Under the pieces are notes generated by a model, which was not told the DNA's origin, did no database searches, and saw only the letters and a list, made by a program, of their open reading frames with translations. A stretch of DNA of 56,644 nucleotides from Candidatus Omnitrophota bacterium (GTDB taxonomy: Bacteria; Omnitrophota; Gorgyraeia; Gygaellales; Profunditerraquicolaceae): the NCBI GenBank assembly GCA_041652635.1, contig JBAZGW010000002.1, positions 1 through 56,644 of the forward strand, in the 5' to 3' direction. This document shows, in pieces, positions 35,850 to 45,818 of the stretch (the stretch's first letter is position 1; the number at the start of each line of letters is the position of its first letter). The translations under genes were made by a program, and so were the position numbers.

Positions 35850-37133
35850 TTAAATACCTAATTCTTCCGTTCCGACTATCTTTACTTTCGCGTTATCTTT
35901 AAGTTCCCCCTGTGTTTCAATTACGATCAGATCGTCCACTCCCAAGCCCTGGGATACCTGCACGTAATCGTTGGTTGCGTATCCCTGGACCACCCTGCGT
36001 ATTTGCACGACGCCGGTTTGTATCCCGTCTTCACCAGTCCGCAGAGTGGCTTTAGGCACCACAGGGACGAGTATTTTTCCGCCGCCGGCCTGCATTATAC
36101 TGGAAGTGGGAATGATCAATACCTGCTTTAGATCGGCGATGCTTATTTCCGCCCTGCTGAACATCCCCGGCATCAGCATCCCGGCTTTGTTATCCACTTT
36201 TATCTTCGCGGTCAAGGTTCTGCTCTTTCCTTCGATGATCGGATAGACGCTGTCCACCGTTCCTTCAAAGGCCAGATTAGGGTAAGCGTCCACATATATA
36301 CTGGCTGTCTGTCCAAGCCGGACCTTGTTTATATCCCTTTCGACAATGCCCACTTCAATATATACTTCACTTATTTCAAGCAATGTCGCCATTTTATCCT
36401 GGGAAGTGACGAATTCTCCCTCTTCCGCTTCTCTGGGGCCCATGAGGCCTTCTTTATTGGCATAAAGGAATACTTTGCGAAAATCATTCTTTGCCAGGTC
36501 TTCTTCCGCCTTGGCTGTGTCCACCTGGGCTTTTGCGCTTCTGGCATCCAGAGCCGCCTCTTCCATTTTGGATTTTATGATCGCCCCGACTTCGAACAAT
36601 TTCTGGTTTATTTCGTATTTCTTCAAAGAAGATTCATATGCCGCCTGTGCGGAAATAAATTTATTCCGGGCATACTTTAGTTTCAATTTGGCGTCATCCG
36701 GGACCAGATAAGCTATTAACGCGCCCTTCTTTATTTTTTCGCCTTCTCTGAAGTATATCTTTTTGATCACTCCCGGGACCTCAAACTTTAATTCCACTTC
36801 CGTCTTGCCTTTTACCGTGCCCATTACCGGCAGAAAGTCGCGGAAATCGGTAGGTTTCATTTTAAATACCCGCACCATGATCGGGGAGGGTTCGGATGGC
36901 GCTTGCGGCTGCTCAGGTTGATCTCCCTGCGCCGGCTGCGGGGATTTATTCTGCTCCGTGTCTGAACCGGATGAAGCTTGCGGCTGCGCCGGCTGGTCCT
37001 TTTTTACTTTACTGAGCAGGTTTTGAATAAAAGGGGTTTTTTGCGTGGAAAGCTTGATCCCTGTCTGGTAGACTCCCCACATTACAAAAGCCAGCACTAA
37101 AATAAGTAAGAGTTTTAATAATTTAGAGCCCAT
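35850..37133 (-). CDS. Efflux RND periplasmic adaptor (MFP/HlyD family)
   Basis: Signal anchor, a Pro/Gln-rich linker, lipoyl-like 'GVIKKIYFREGEKIKKGALIAYL', a coiled-coil hairpin and C-terminal beta-barrel domains. Confidence 0.85.
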   Translation of the reverse strand: MGSKLLKLLLILVLAFVMWGVYQTGIKLSTQKTPFIQNLLSKVKKDQPAQPQASSGSDTEQNKSPQPAQGDQPEQPQAPSEPSPIMVRVFKMKPTDFRDFLPVMGTVKGKTEVELKFEVPGVIKKIYFREGEKIKKGALIAYLVPDDAKLKLKYARNKFISAQAAYESSLKKYEINQKLFEVGAIIKSKMEEAALDARSAKAQVDTAKAEEDLAKNDFRKVFLYANKEGLMGPREAEEGEFVTSQDKMATLLEISEVYIEVGIVERDINKVRLGQTASIYVDAYPNLAFEGTVDSVYPIIEGKSRTLTAKIKVDNKAGMLMPGMFSRAEISIADLKQVLIIPTSSIMQAGGGKILVPVVPKATLRTGEDGIQTGVVQIRRVVQGYATNDYVQVSQGLGVDDLIVIETQGELKDNAKVKIVGTEELGI

Positions 37134-37148
37134 ATTTATTTGCCCCTC

Positions 37149-40100
37149 CTATCGTTTAACCAACCAGAGATCGCGGAATATAAGATAAACACAGGGTATT
37201 ACTAAAAGAGTGAGAAAAGTCGATACTGCAAGGCCGCCGATAACGGTAATTGCCAGCGGCGACCACAGGTTAGCCGATTCGCTTTTATCCAAAGCCATAG
37301 GAATAAGCCCTAGAATTGTGGTCAGGGAAGTCATCATGATCGGTCTTAACCTGTCAAAGGAAGCGTCGATCACCGCCTTTTTAGCGCCGCCCTTTTGGGA
37401 GTATTTATCCTTAAAAGTCCTCCTCAGGAAATTGATACGGTCGATAAGTATGATCGCGTTGTTGACGACTATCCCGCCGAGCATTATCGCCCCGATAAGC
37501 ACCCCTGTTCCCACGGGTTTGTCTGCCAGCCGCAGGGCGGTAACGGCGCCGATAGCCGCCATCGGAACGGTGGATAGAATGATCAGAGGTTCAGTAAGGG
37601 ATTCAAAGAGCCCCGCGAGTATCATATAAACCAGCACAAGGCTGATCACGAGCGCCCAGTAAAGTTCCTTCTGATTTTGTATCATTTTATCATAATTCCC
37701 GCCGAATTGCCAAAAATAATCTTTAGGGAGTTTTAAATCTTTCAGCGCCTCTTTTACTTTGATCGCGGCCGTTCCCAGAGCAATGCCTCCGGTATTGGCG
37801 CTGACCTGGACCATGCGCGACTTATTTTTCCTCCAGACTTCGCTAGGACCGTATTCGTCTTTAAAAGTCGCCAATTGATGCAGGAAGATCATATCTCCGT
37901 AAGGAGTGACCAGGCTTATTCTGCGCAGGTCGTCGCGGGTGTGCCGGAATTCTTCGCCGATACGGACGATAGTTTCCGTCTCTTCGGATTTTGCGGCCGT
38001 GTCCTGAATGGCGTTGTTCAGATTATTATTAGAGTTGAAATGCCAGTCCGGATTAAAATTCTGGCTGCTGGTTTTTATCAATGGCTCGCGGGTGCCGCGG
38101 AAACGGGTAGCAACCAAACCGCGCATATGCGTGTGCAGGGCCAGGGATACATCCTCGGTGGTAAAGCCGAACATAGCCGCTTCGCGTTTATCCAGGATAA
38201 GCTGTATCTCCGGGCGGCCTTCACGCATGCGTATCTTTGTGTCGGTGAATTTGGGTATGGTCTGTAATCGTTGCGCTACCTGTATGGCAAGGCTTTTTAA
38301 GACTTCATAATCATAACCGTATAACTCCAGCAATATTTCTTTTGTCCCCACTTCCTGGGGTTCTTCGTAATAAACGAACGCTCTGTGCGTCTGGTAGAAC
38401 TTTTCCGTATACGGACGCAGCACATTCATGAATTCCGCGGTGGATTTTTTCCGTTCCGCCAGCGGTTTCAACTCCACGAATATCTTGCCGGACCATGGCT
38501 CGATCTTAGATGTCGCGTTCTTTACCTCCGGCATTTTCGCCACGTAGGATTCTATGCTGGCCACGATCTTATCGGTTATTTCTATCTTGGTGCCGGTAGG
38601 CATTTCCACGAATACGGTGAATTTATTCTGTTCCGCAATGCCGATAAATTCCTGCTCGAGTTTTGAGGCTTCCTGGATGATCCGTAACGAGGCCATTATT
38701 ACCAGGAAAACGATCAGATAACGGAAGAATAACGTTAGAGAGACGATGATCTTGTATATTTTACCGAAAAGCCCTACTCTGGAAACGCCGTCTGTGTTTT
38801 CGGCGCCCTGGACAGTTTTTTCCGGTGGCTCTGCCTTTTTCTCTTCCTCTAAAATAGCTTCCGGCAGTTCCTGCGGCAGTCTGGGGTCTTTTAATTTCAG
38901 GCGCGACGCCAGCAGAGGTATCAAGGTTACCGCGGTGAACAATGACGCCAGCAGGGAATAGGTAATGGTCAGGGCGATGCCGCTGTAAAGAAGTTTGATC
39001 TCGGGATTGATGAAGAATAGCGGCAGGAAGACCACGATGGTGGTAAATGTCGAAGCGACTATTGCCAGGAACATTTCTTCGCTGGCTTCGATCGCCAGGC
39101 ATTTTTGTATTTCCTTCATCGGCATACCTTCCGGGAACCTTCCGGGGGAAAATATGAATTCGTCGCGTTTCTTAAAGGTATTATCGAGGACCACGATAGC
39201 ATTATCCACCAGCATGCCCACGCCTAACGCCAGTCCGCTTAAAGTCATTACATTAAGGGTCAGCTTTGAGAAATACATCAGGCAGAAAGTGACTATTACG
39301 GATAAAGGGATGCTCGAACTGATGATGAATACCAGGCGTATGTCCCAAAGAAATATAAAAAGGATAAGGCTGGCAAGCAGCGCCCCGATCAGGAGCGAAG
39401 AATTAACCTGATTAACCGCCTGTTGTATTATATCGGCTTGATTGGAGATTATGGAAACCTGGATATCTTTTTCAAGGTTCCGTTTTAGCGCTTCCACTTC
39501 GCGGTTGACGTCTTTGGATATTTGCACCGTATTTGCCAGCGATTCTTTCTGAACATAGATTGAGATAACAGGCTGGGCGTTCAACCTGGCGAAAGCGGTC
39601 GGTTCCAAATAAGAATCTTTGATGGTGGCGATATCCTTGAGCCTTACCACTGAGCCTTCTTTAGTGGTGGCCACGGCCAGGTTGGAAAGATCCTCCAGGC
39701 TTTCCAATTCTCCGATGGTCCTTACCAGATATTTATCTTTAGCCCGTTTTATTTCCCCTGCCAGCAGGTTGGAGTTATTGAGGTTGATGGTATCGACCAC
39801 CTTGTTGATGGAAAGCTGGTATGCCTGCAGGCGGTATTGGTCTATTTCTATGATTATTTTGCTTTCCCTGCCGCCGACGATCTCCGCTCTTGCCACGCCC
39901 TCGACTCTTTGTATCCGGTCTTTAATTCGTTCATCTACTATCTTGCGCAGATCTTCCGGAGAGCGTCTGTCGCTGGTCACAGCCAGTATCATTATCGGCA
40001 CATCCATATATTCGTATTTCGCTATGACAGGTTTCTCTATTTCTTTGGGGAGTTTGTTGCGTATACGGTTGAATTTTTCGCGCACTTCCAGCGCGGCAAA

Positions 40101-40409
40101 ATTCATCTCCGTGCCCGGTTCGAATTCCAGAATGATAGTGGCATTCCCTTCTTTTGAAATGGAAAGGATGTTCCTTAAATGAGTGGAGGAACTGACCGCT
40201 TCTTCGACCGGTTTAGCGATGCGATTCTCTATTTCTGAGGCTGGGATACCGCCGCGGACGTCGATATTTATGGTAATATCGCCGTAACTGATATTAGGCA
40301 TCATTTCCACCGGCAGCATTTTCAGGGCGATAGCCCCGATTATGATCACGCCGGTAAAAAGCATGGAGACAAACGTCGGCCTGTTGACCGAAAATGCTGG
40401 CAAGCTCAT
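37149..40409 (-). CDS. RND (AcrB/HAE-type) efflux permease, 1086 aa
   Basis: 'SVNRPTFVSMLF' N-terminus, 'LSGLALGVGMLVDNAIVVLDN', a duplicated 6-TM plus large-loop architecture, and 'RLRPIMMTSLTTILGLIP'. Confidence 0.9.
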   Translation of the reverse strand: MSLPAFSVNRPTFVSMLFTGVIIIGAIALKMLPVEMMPNISYGDITINIDVRGGIPASEIENRIAKPVEEAVSSSTHLRNILSISKEGNATIILEFEPGTEMNFAALEVREKFNRIRNKLPKEIEKPVIAKYEYMDVPIMILAVTSDRRSPEDLRKIVDERIKDRIQRVEGVARAEIVGGRESKIIIEIDQYRLQAYQLSINKVVDTINLNNSNLLAGEIKRAKDKYLVRTIGELESLEDLSNLAVATTKEGSVVRLKDIATIKDSYLEPTAFARLNAQPVISIYVQKESLANTVQISKDVNREVEALKRNLEKDIQVSIISNQADIIQQAVNQVNSSLLIGALLASLILFIFLWDIRLVFIISSSIPLSVIVTFCLMYFSKLTLNVMTLSGLALGVGMLVDNAIVVLDNTFKKRDEFIFSPGRFPEGMPMKEIQKCLAIEASEEMFLAIVASTFTTIVVFLPLFFINPEIKLLYSGIALTITYSLLASLFTAVTLIPLLASRLKLKDPRLPQELPEAILEEEKKAEPPEKTVQGAENTDGVSRVGLFGKIYKIIVSLTLFFRYLIVFLVIMASLRIIQEASKLEQEFIGIAEQNKFTVFVEMPTGTKIEITDKIVASIESYVAKMPEVKNATSKIEPWSGKIFVELKPLAERKKSTAEFMNVLRPYTEKFYQTHRAFVYYEEPQEVGTKEILLELYGYDYEVLKSLAIQVAQRLQTIPKFTDTKIRMREGRPEIQLILDKREAAMFGFTTEDVSLALHTHMRGLVATRFRGTREPLIKTSSQNFNPDWHFNSNNNLNNAIQDTAAKSEETETIVRIGEEFRHTRDDLRRISLVTPYGDMIFLHQLATFKDEYGPSEVWRKNKSRMVQVSANTGGIALGTAAIKVKEALKDLKLPKDYFWQFGGNYDKMIQNQKELYWALVISLVLVYMILAGLFESLTEPLIILSTVPMAAIGAVTALRLADKPVGTGVLIGAIMLGGIVVNNAIILIDRINFLRRTFKDKYSQKGGAKKAVIDASFDRLRPIMMTSLTTILGLIPMALDKSESANLWSPLAITVIGGLAVSTFLTLLVIPCVYLIFRDLWLVKR

Positions 40410-40533
40410 ATTTAGTAGGGTTTTTTAGTAATGATTCTTTTCTTTGGAATCAGCATATTAGGGTAAGATAGCCTCTGATCATGCCAGAGAGGCATGCCGG
40501 TGTTGTTTTTTGCGCAATTAACTATCCGCAGCG

Positions 40534-43500
40534 TTACAAGAGCTCATACCACCGCCCGGGGCCGAGCGGCCCTTCGGCCTTGAGCAACTGTTTATCCATC
40601 AGTTCTTTCAGATCGCGCGCCGCGGTGGGAATGGAAACGTCGAATATCTCCGCGTATTCCTTGCGCGTTATCTTTTTTATGGTTTTTAATTTTTCCAAGA
40701 GTATCTTTTGTCTGGGATTTATAGCGTATTCCGTTACCGGTGATGCCTGGATTTCCGCTTTTATATCTTTTAATGGTTCTGTTTTTGGCCCGTTTGAATG
40801 TTCGATGAGGGGCGCCTGCGGCAGAGAAACGGGTTTTTCCACCGCCTCAGCGGGTTTTATTATTTGCTCCCGTGTTGTTTCTTTCGGCGGGGAACTCGGC
40901 GGTTGTTGCGCGGGGGCCTGGGGTTGGGCCGCTTTAGGTGCCGGAACAGGGCGTTCAAATCTTTCAATCGATTCTTTGTTTTCCTGAACCGGTTTCTTTA
41001 TTTCTTCGCGTCCTTTTGTTTCGGGCAAAACAGGATTTGTCTTTGGTTCTTCCGTGGACAGGGGCCCTGTCAGCGGAAGTTTCTGCGCTGGTTGGTTCAA
41101 CGGCTGTCCGGGGGCAGGGGAAGCGGGTTTTTCATTAACTTCCGGCGGCGCATCCGGATGGTAAGCGGTTGACGGGGCAATAGGGGGAAGACGATGGGCT
41201 GTAGGTACCGGTATATCCTCAAAAGGTATTCTTTTCTTGGAATCGTTTCCGGCCGGCCGCTCTGTTTGCGGTTTTTCTTCCGGCAGCGCGGCGGCCAAAG
41301 GCGGTGTCTGCGCGGGTGTTTCCTGCGGTAACGGTTCTTTTTTATTTTCCTGTCTGGCTTTCAATAAGGCCTCCAGTTCCGGGCTGATAAGAGGTTCGTC
41401 TTTTGCCGGTCTTAGTTCCGGTCTCTGTGATGGGGCGCCCAATATCCTTTCCACAACTATCAAGTATATCGAAGGTATGACAACCAGAGTAAGAAAAGTG
41501 GCTGAAAGTAATCCACCCATAACCGTCAGTGCCATCGGCGCCTGTAACTCCGCGCCTTCTCCGATCCCCAGCGCCAAAGGCAGAAGCCCCAGTATCGTGG
41601 TCATGGAAGTCATTAAGATCGGGCGCAGCCTTGTCTTGCTGGCCTCAATAACACAGTTATACGCGGAATGCCCTTGTTTATATTGTTCGTTGATGAATTC
41701 TATCAATACGATACCGTTATTGACGGCAATTCCTCCCAGCATAATGATCCCTAAGTAGGCGACTACGCTTAAAGGGGTGTTGGTTATGAACAAGAAGAAA
41801 GCTACACCGATAAGCGACAGAGGCACGGTGAACATGATCAACAGCGGCTGCCAGAGTGACTCGAATTCCGCCGCCATGATCATATAAACCAAAGTAATCG
41901 CCAGGATAAGGGCGAAAGCCAGGCTTTGGAAAGATTCCTGCACCTTTTGCTGCTCTCCCGCCAGTTCGATCGTGTATTCTTTTGGAATGGAGGATGTTTT
42001 GGCCGCGATGATCCGCTCTATGACTTTGCTGACTTCCCCGACGCCGCGTTTATAGATGTTGGCGCTGATGATAATGCTTCTCTGCTGGTCGATGCGCCTT
42101 ATTTCAGTCGGTCCTGTGCCCTTGGTCAGATAAGCGACATCAGACATCGAAATATCAAAACCGAGCGGGGAGTGGATAAGGATGCGGCGCAAGTTGCTGA
42201 ATTCACTTCTGTCTTCCGGCCGCAGGCGTATTCTGATGTCGATGTCCTCCTGGTTGATCTTGTCCTTGAATTTAGTGGCTACGTATCCTTTGAGGGCGAC
42301 CTGGGCGGTCACCGCGATATCGCGCACGGAAAGTCCGTAGAGAGAAGCCTTGTCTTTTAATATATGTAATTTTGTTTCCGGGCTGGCGGAAGGCATACTG
42401 TTCTTGATACCGTAAATCCCGTTTATCCGGCGTAATTCCGACTGTAATCCGGCGGCTATATCGGTAAGTCTGTAGATCTGCGGCCCTTTGACCTCAATGG
42501 CGATAGGCGCGCCTTGTTCTACAGCGGAACCAAGGGAGGTCTCCTGCGCGACATATTCTATCGAGGCCCCTTCCAAGTCTCCTTTTTCCACGGTATTTTT
42601 CAGCAGTTGAATGACTTCGTCCGTAGAACGTTGATTGGAAGGAAGGAAGGGGAGCAGTTTGATCTTTCTTTTTAGATTGATAAGGATCTGCGCCTGATGG
42701 CTGCCCAATGTCTGGACGGCCGTTTCCTCCAGGGAGTTCTTGTCCTCGCTGGAGCCGATATTGACGGTAACGTCTTTTGTCTCTTGGATCTTAAGAAGAG
42801 TGGTCTCGAATCTGCGCACGATCGCGTCCGTGGCTTTCAATGTCGTGCCGGGCGGCATGTCTATTTTTATGATGAACTGCCGCTGGTCTACCTTAGGCAT
42901 GAATTGTTTTTCATGGATTGCCAGCATGCCGAGGCTGACTATGAACAACACGGCGACGGTCAGCACCACTTTTTCTTTTCTGTCTATGCCCCAGATGATT
43001 ATCTCTTCCAGTTTGTCGAACCCGGGCGGGTTCCTCGCGGGCGCGTTTTCCTCAGCGGATTTCTTTTTCCAGCCGGGGATGAAAGAGAGAAGCACCGGCA
43101 CCAGGGTTATGGCTACCAATATGGAAGCGGCGAGAGAGAAGGTTATAGTCAGCGATAACTGTTTGAATATCTGGCCGGCAATGCCTACGACAAACGCGAA
43201 GGGAAGGAATACCGCCACCGTGGTCAATGTGGAACCTACAATAGGCGCGAGCATTTCTTCGGAGGCATCCACGCAAGCTTCTTTCATGGTCTTTTGCATC
43301 TGCCGGTGCCGGAAAACATTTTCAATAACCACGATGGAATTGTCCACCAGCATACCTATCCCAAGCGCTAACCCGCCCAAAGACATCATATTCATATTTA
43401 TCTTGAAAAAGTACATCAAGAATAATGAGAACATGATCGAGATCGGGATGGAAAAAGTGATTATCAAGGAGGACTTCACTTCACGCAGAAAGAAAAGCAA

Positions 43501-44595
43501 TACCAGGAAGGCGAGCAATGCCCCTTGTTGCGCCGAACTGGTGACGTTTGATACGGCTTCATTGATGAATTGAGACTGGTCGTAGGTTACCTGAATATTG
43601 ACGCCTTTTTGCAGTTTTTCCTGCAGCAATTTGCCTATTTCTTTGCGGATCCCCTGGGCGACCCGTAAGGCGTTGCTGCCGGATTGCTTACGCACTACGA
43701 TAGAGATGCTTTCTTTACCGTTATAACGCGAGATGCTGTTTGTTTCTTTCACGCTGTCTTTTACCTTGGCAATGTCCTTAAGGTATACGAGCCTGCGCGC
43801 TTTTTTCTCGAGTTTTTCTTTTTGCTGCAGGGTCTCGGCTACTTCTTCCGGGACTTCCAGGGCCGTGGGGGTCTCGGCTATTTCCGAAACTTTCTGGTAT
43901 TCTCCCATGGTCCGGATGAGATATTCATAAAAGTTCTCTTTGAGAGTACCGGCAGGATAATTTATGTTGGCGGATTTAATACTATCTACCACGGAGACGA
44001 TGGAAATCTGGGAAACTCTTAATCTTGGCTGGTCTATTTCCACGATAATTTCCCGTTCGTCCCCGCCGGTGATCGTAGCCGAGGCGACCCCTTCGACCTT
44101 TTCAATGCTGTCTTTAATGTATTTGCGGCTCATCTCGCGCAATTCAAGGGGCGAATAGGGGCCGGTTACGGACAGGTTCATTACCGGCAGGTCAAAGGGG
44201 TTATATTTCATTACTACCGGCTCCTGCGATTCCCGCGGGATGCGTTCTTTGATCAGGTCTATTTTTTCGCGTACGTTCAAAGCGGCGAAATCCATATTTG
44301 TGCCCCAGTTGAACTCGACCATGACTAAGGATAATCCTTCGCGTGAAATGGAACTGATACGTTTGACGTTATTGACCGTACCCACGCTTTCTTCTATTAT
44401 TTTAGTTATCAGATTTTCTATTTCTTCCGGAGCGGCATTCGGGTAGGAAGTAACGACTGTTATCTGTGGATAAGCGATAGAAGGGAATAATTCCTGCGGC
44501 AGCTTGGACCAGGAAATGAAGCCCAGCAGTATTACTGCCAGAAAAGCCATCAGTGTGGTTACAGGGCGATGAACCGCCAGCCTGGAAATGGACAT
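40534..44595 (-). CDS. RND efflux permease (about 1052-aa core) fused to a 301-aa Pro-rich tail ending in a winged-helix (DeoR/Fic-associated type) DNA-binding domain
   Basis: The core has 'LAVHRPVTTLMAF', 'LGGLALGIGMLVDNSIVVIENV' and 'RLRPILMTSMTTILGLLP'. The tail (40534..41439) is Pro/Gln/Glu/Lys-rich. The last 62 aa read 'INPRQKILLEKLKTIKKITRKEYAEIFDVSIPTAARDLKELMDKQLLKAEGPLGPGRWYELL'. Confidence 0.85.
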   Translation of the reverse strand: MSISRLAVHRPVTTLMAFLAVILLGFISWSKLPQELFPSIAYPQITVVTSYPNAAPEEIENLITKIIEESVGTVNNVKRISSISREGLSLVMVEFNWGTNMDFAALNVREKIDLIKERIPRESQEPVVMKYNPFDLPVMNLSVTGPYSPLELREMSRKYIKDSIEKVEGVASATITGGDEREIIVEIDQPRLRVSQISIVSVVDSIKSANINYPAGTLKENFYEYLIRTMGEYQKVSEIAETPTALEVPEEVAETLQQKEKLEKKARRLVYLKDIAKVKDSVKETNSISRYNGKESISIVVRKQSGSNALRVAQGIRKEIGKLLQEKLQKGVNIQVTYDQSQFINEAVSNVTSSAQQGALLAFLVLLFFLREVKSSLIITFSIPISIMFSLFLMYFFKINMNMMSLGGLALGIGMLVDNSIVVIENVFRHRQMQKTMKEACVDASEEMLAPIVGSTLTTVAVFLPFAFVVGIAGQIFKQLSLTITFSLAASILVAITLVPVLLSFIPGWKKKSAEENAPARNPPGFDKLEEIIIWGIDRKEKVVLTVAVLFIVSLGMLAIHEKQFMPKVDQRQFIIKIDMPPGTTLKATDAIVRRFETTLLKIQETKDVTVNIGSSEDKNSLEETAVQTLGSHQAQILINLKRKIKLLPFLPSNQRSTDEVIQLLKNTVEKGDLEGASIEYVAQETSLGSAVEQGAPIAIEVKGPQIYRLTDIAAGLQSELRRINGIYGIKNSMPSASPETKLHILKDKASLYGLSVRDIAVTAQVALKGYVATKFKDKINQEDIDIRIRLRPEDRSEFSNLRRILIHSPLGFDISMSDVAYLTKGTGPTEIRRIDQQRSIIISANIYKRGVGEVSKVIERIIAAKTSSIPKEYTIELAGEQQKVQESFQSLAFALILAITLVYMIMAAEFESLWQPLLIMFTVPLSLIGVAFFLFITNTPLSVVAYLGIIMLGGIAVNNGIVLIEFINEQYKQGHSAYNCVIEASKTRLRPILMTSMTTILGLLPLALGIGEGAELQAPMALTVMGGLLSATFLTLVVIPSIYLIVVERILGAPSQRPELRPAKDEPLISPELEALLKARQENKKEPLPQETPAQTPPLAAALPEEKPQTERPAGNDSKKRIPFEDIPVPTAHRLPPIAPSTAYHPDAPPEVNEKPASPAPGQPLNQPAQKLPLTGPLSTEEPKTNPVLPETKGREEIKKPVQENKESIERFERPVPAPKAAQPQAPAQQPPSSPPKETTREQIIKPAEAVEKPVSLPQAPLIEHSNGPKTEPLKDIKAEIQASPVTEYAINPRQKILLEKLKTIKKITRKEYAEIFDVSIPTAARDLKELMDKQLLKAEGPLGPGRWYELL

Positions 44596-44610
44596 AAACT
44601 AAAAATTGAT

Positions 44611-44650
44611 ATAAAAAGGATATAAGCCCGTTTGAATGGGCTTATATCCT
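44611..44650 (-). terminator. Intrinsic-terminator-like hairpin between the 268-aa gene and the RND-wHTH gene
   Basis: 13-bp perfect stem AGGATATAAGCCC / GGGCTTATATCCT with an 8-nt loop, then a T-run on the minus strand. It ends about 16 nt before the RND start codon. Confidence 0.6.
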
Positions 44651-44666
44651 CAAGGTTATACCGATA

Positions 44667-45473
44667 TTATTCTTTGGTGATGGTAATATATAAAGCTTCG
44701 CTTTTAAGCTCATCACGGGCGTAAACCGCGGTTACTTCCTGACCTGCCGCCAGCGCATTAGGAAGAAGATTGATCGGTTCAGCCATCCCTATTTTTTTGG
44801 CAATACGGGTATTTTGCGTTATAACCAAAGAGATATTTTTAAGCGCGTCGGAAGTATTCCTGTTTACTACCAGAACGGTTTTAAAAGGGGAATTAAGGTC
44901 CACTGCCCCGATTTTTCCATAGATTTCCCCGGTAGTGAAAGGGATTATCCCTGATTTTTGAGAGGCGGAAGCAACTATTATGTTATGTTCTTCGGCCGTA
45001 TCTCTGGCAGGTTCAGGCGTAGGCTTATCGGAGCGCCCCGCGGAAACGATCTCGTTCACTTCCGCGAAATAAGAGCGGATACATTTCGCCTCTATTTGCA
45101 GGGTTTTTTCATTCTTGTTGTTAAAGGTGTATGTCTGGACTTTTTCGCAGGATAAACTGTTTTTTCCGTCGGGCGTGATCTTTAAAGAGAAGAGGTTGTT
45201 GTCCCCGAGTTCTATCGCTTTTGTTTTTAGGTCTTTGAGGAGTTCACCGAATAACCTGTAACTTTTGCCCTGCAGATCGGTAAGATTGATGCGTTCTTTG
45301 TTTTTCCCCTGTTCTATGCTGACTTTTCCGGTTATTAGGACCTGTACGCCTTTAGCCGGGGGAGTAGGAGTAATGGAGGGGGTTTTTATCTTATTTTCCG
45401 CTGCCGAAAGCAGGTTTGTGCAAAGAAATAAAGAAATAATAATAAAGCAAAAGGATGAATATTTCGCCTTCAT
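44667..45473 (-). CDS. Hypothetical secreted/periplasmic protein (268 aa)
   Basis: Signal peptide 'MKAKYSSFCFIIISLFLCTNLLSA'. No family recognised. Confidence 0.6.
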   Translation of the reverse strand: MKAKYSSFCFIIISLFLCTNLLSAAENKIKTPSITPTPPAKGVQVLITGKVSIEQGKNKERINLTDLQGKSYRLFGELLKDLKTKAIELGDNNLFSLKITPDGKNSLSCEKVQTYTFNNKNEKTLQIEAKCIRSYFAEVNEIVSAGRSDKPTPEPARDTAEEHNIIVASASQKSGIIPFTTGEIYGKIGAVDLNSPFKTVLVVNRNTSDALKNISLVITQNTRIAKKIGMAEPINLLPNALAAGQEVTAVYARDELKSEALYITITKE

Positions 45474-45555
45474 ATTGCCCCTTTCTTTGGTCTGTGAATA
45501 ATTAACCTTTCGAGTTAACTCATTGAATTAGTTTAACATAAACAGGGAGTATTGC

Positions 45556-45590
45556 AAGAAAAAAGGGAGGGGTTATCGACGCCCTCCCTT
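45556..45590 (-). terminator. Rho-independent terminator (minus strand)
   Basis: AGGGAGGG (45564-71) / CCCTCCCT (45582-89) with a 10-nt loop, then TTTTT on the minus strand. Confidence 0.7.
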
Positions 45591-45818
45591 TCGAAATAAG
45601 ATAGAACCAGCTGTTACATTTCCAGAATAGCGGTTCTGGTGGTTTTAAACAGTTTTACGCGCCTTTTAAGAGTTTCCGCCCAGATATTCTCCACCTGGCT
45701 ACGGATGGTTTTTTCGCCGATCCCGCGTTTCACCGTTTTTCTGGACTCTTTCTTGACCGCTACAAACACTGGACCCATCCTTTTAGTTGTGCGACTTTAG
45801 TTGTTTGACCGTGAATGT

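Noticed and set aside
42740-43573. 277-aa plus-strand ORF, along with other long antisense ORFs such as 10796..11464, 16889..17566, 25634..26242 and 23614..24192
   Set aside because: All are fully embedded antisense to genes with strong family signatures (RND, GT2, L,D-transpeptidase, radical SAM, KS-beta). They have no recognisable motifs, RBS or promoter.
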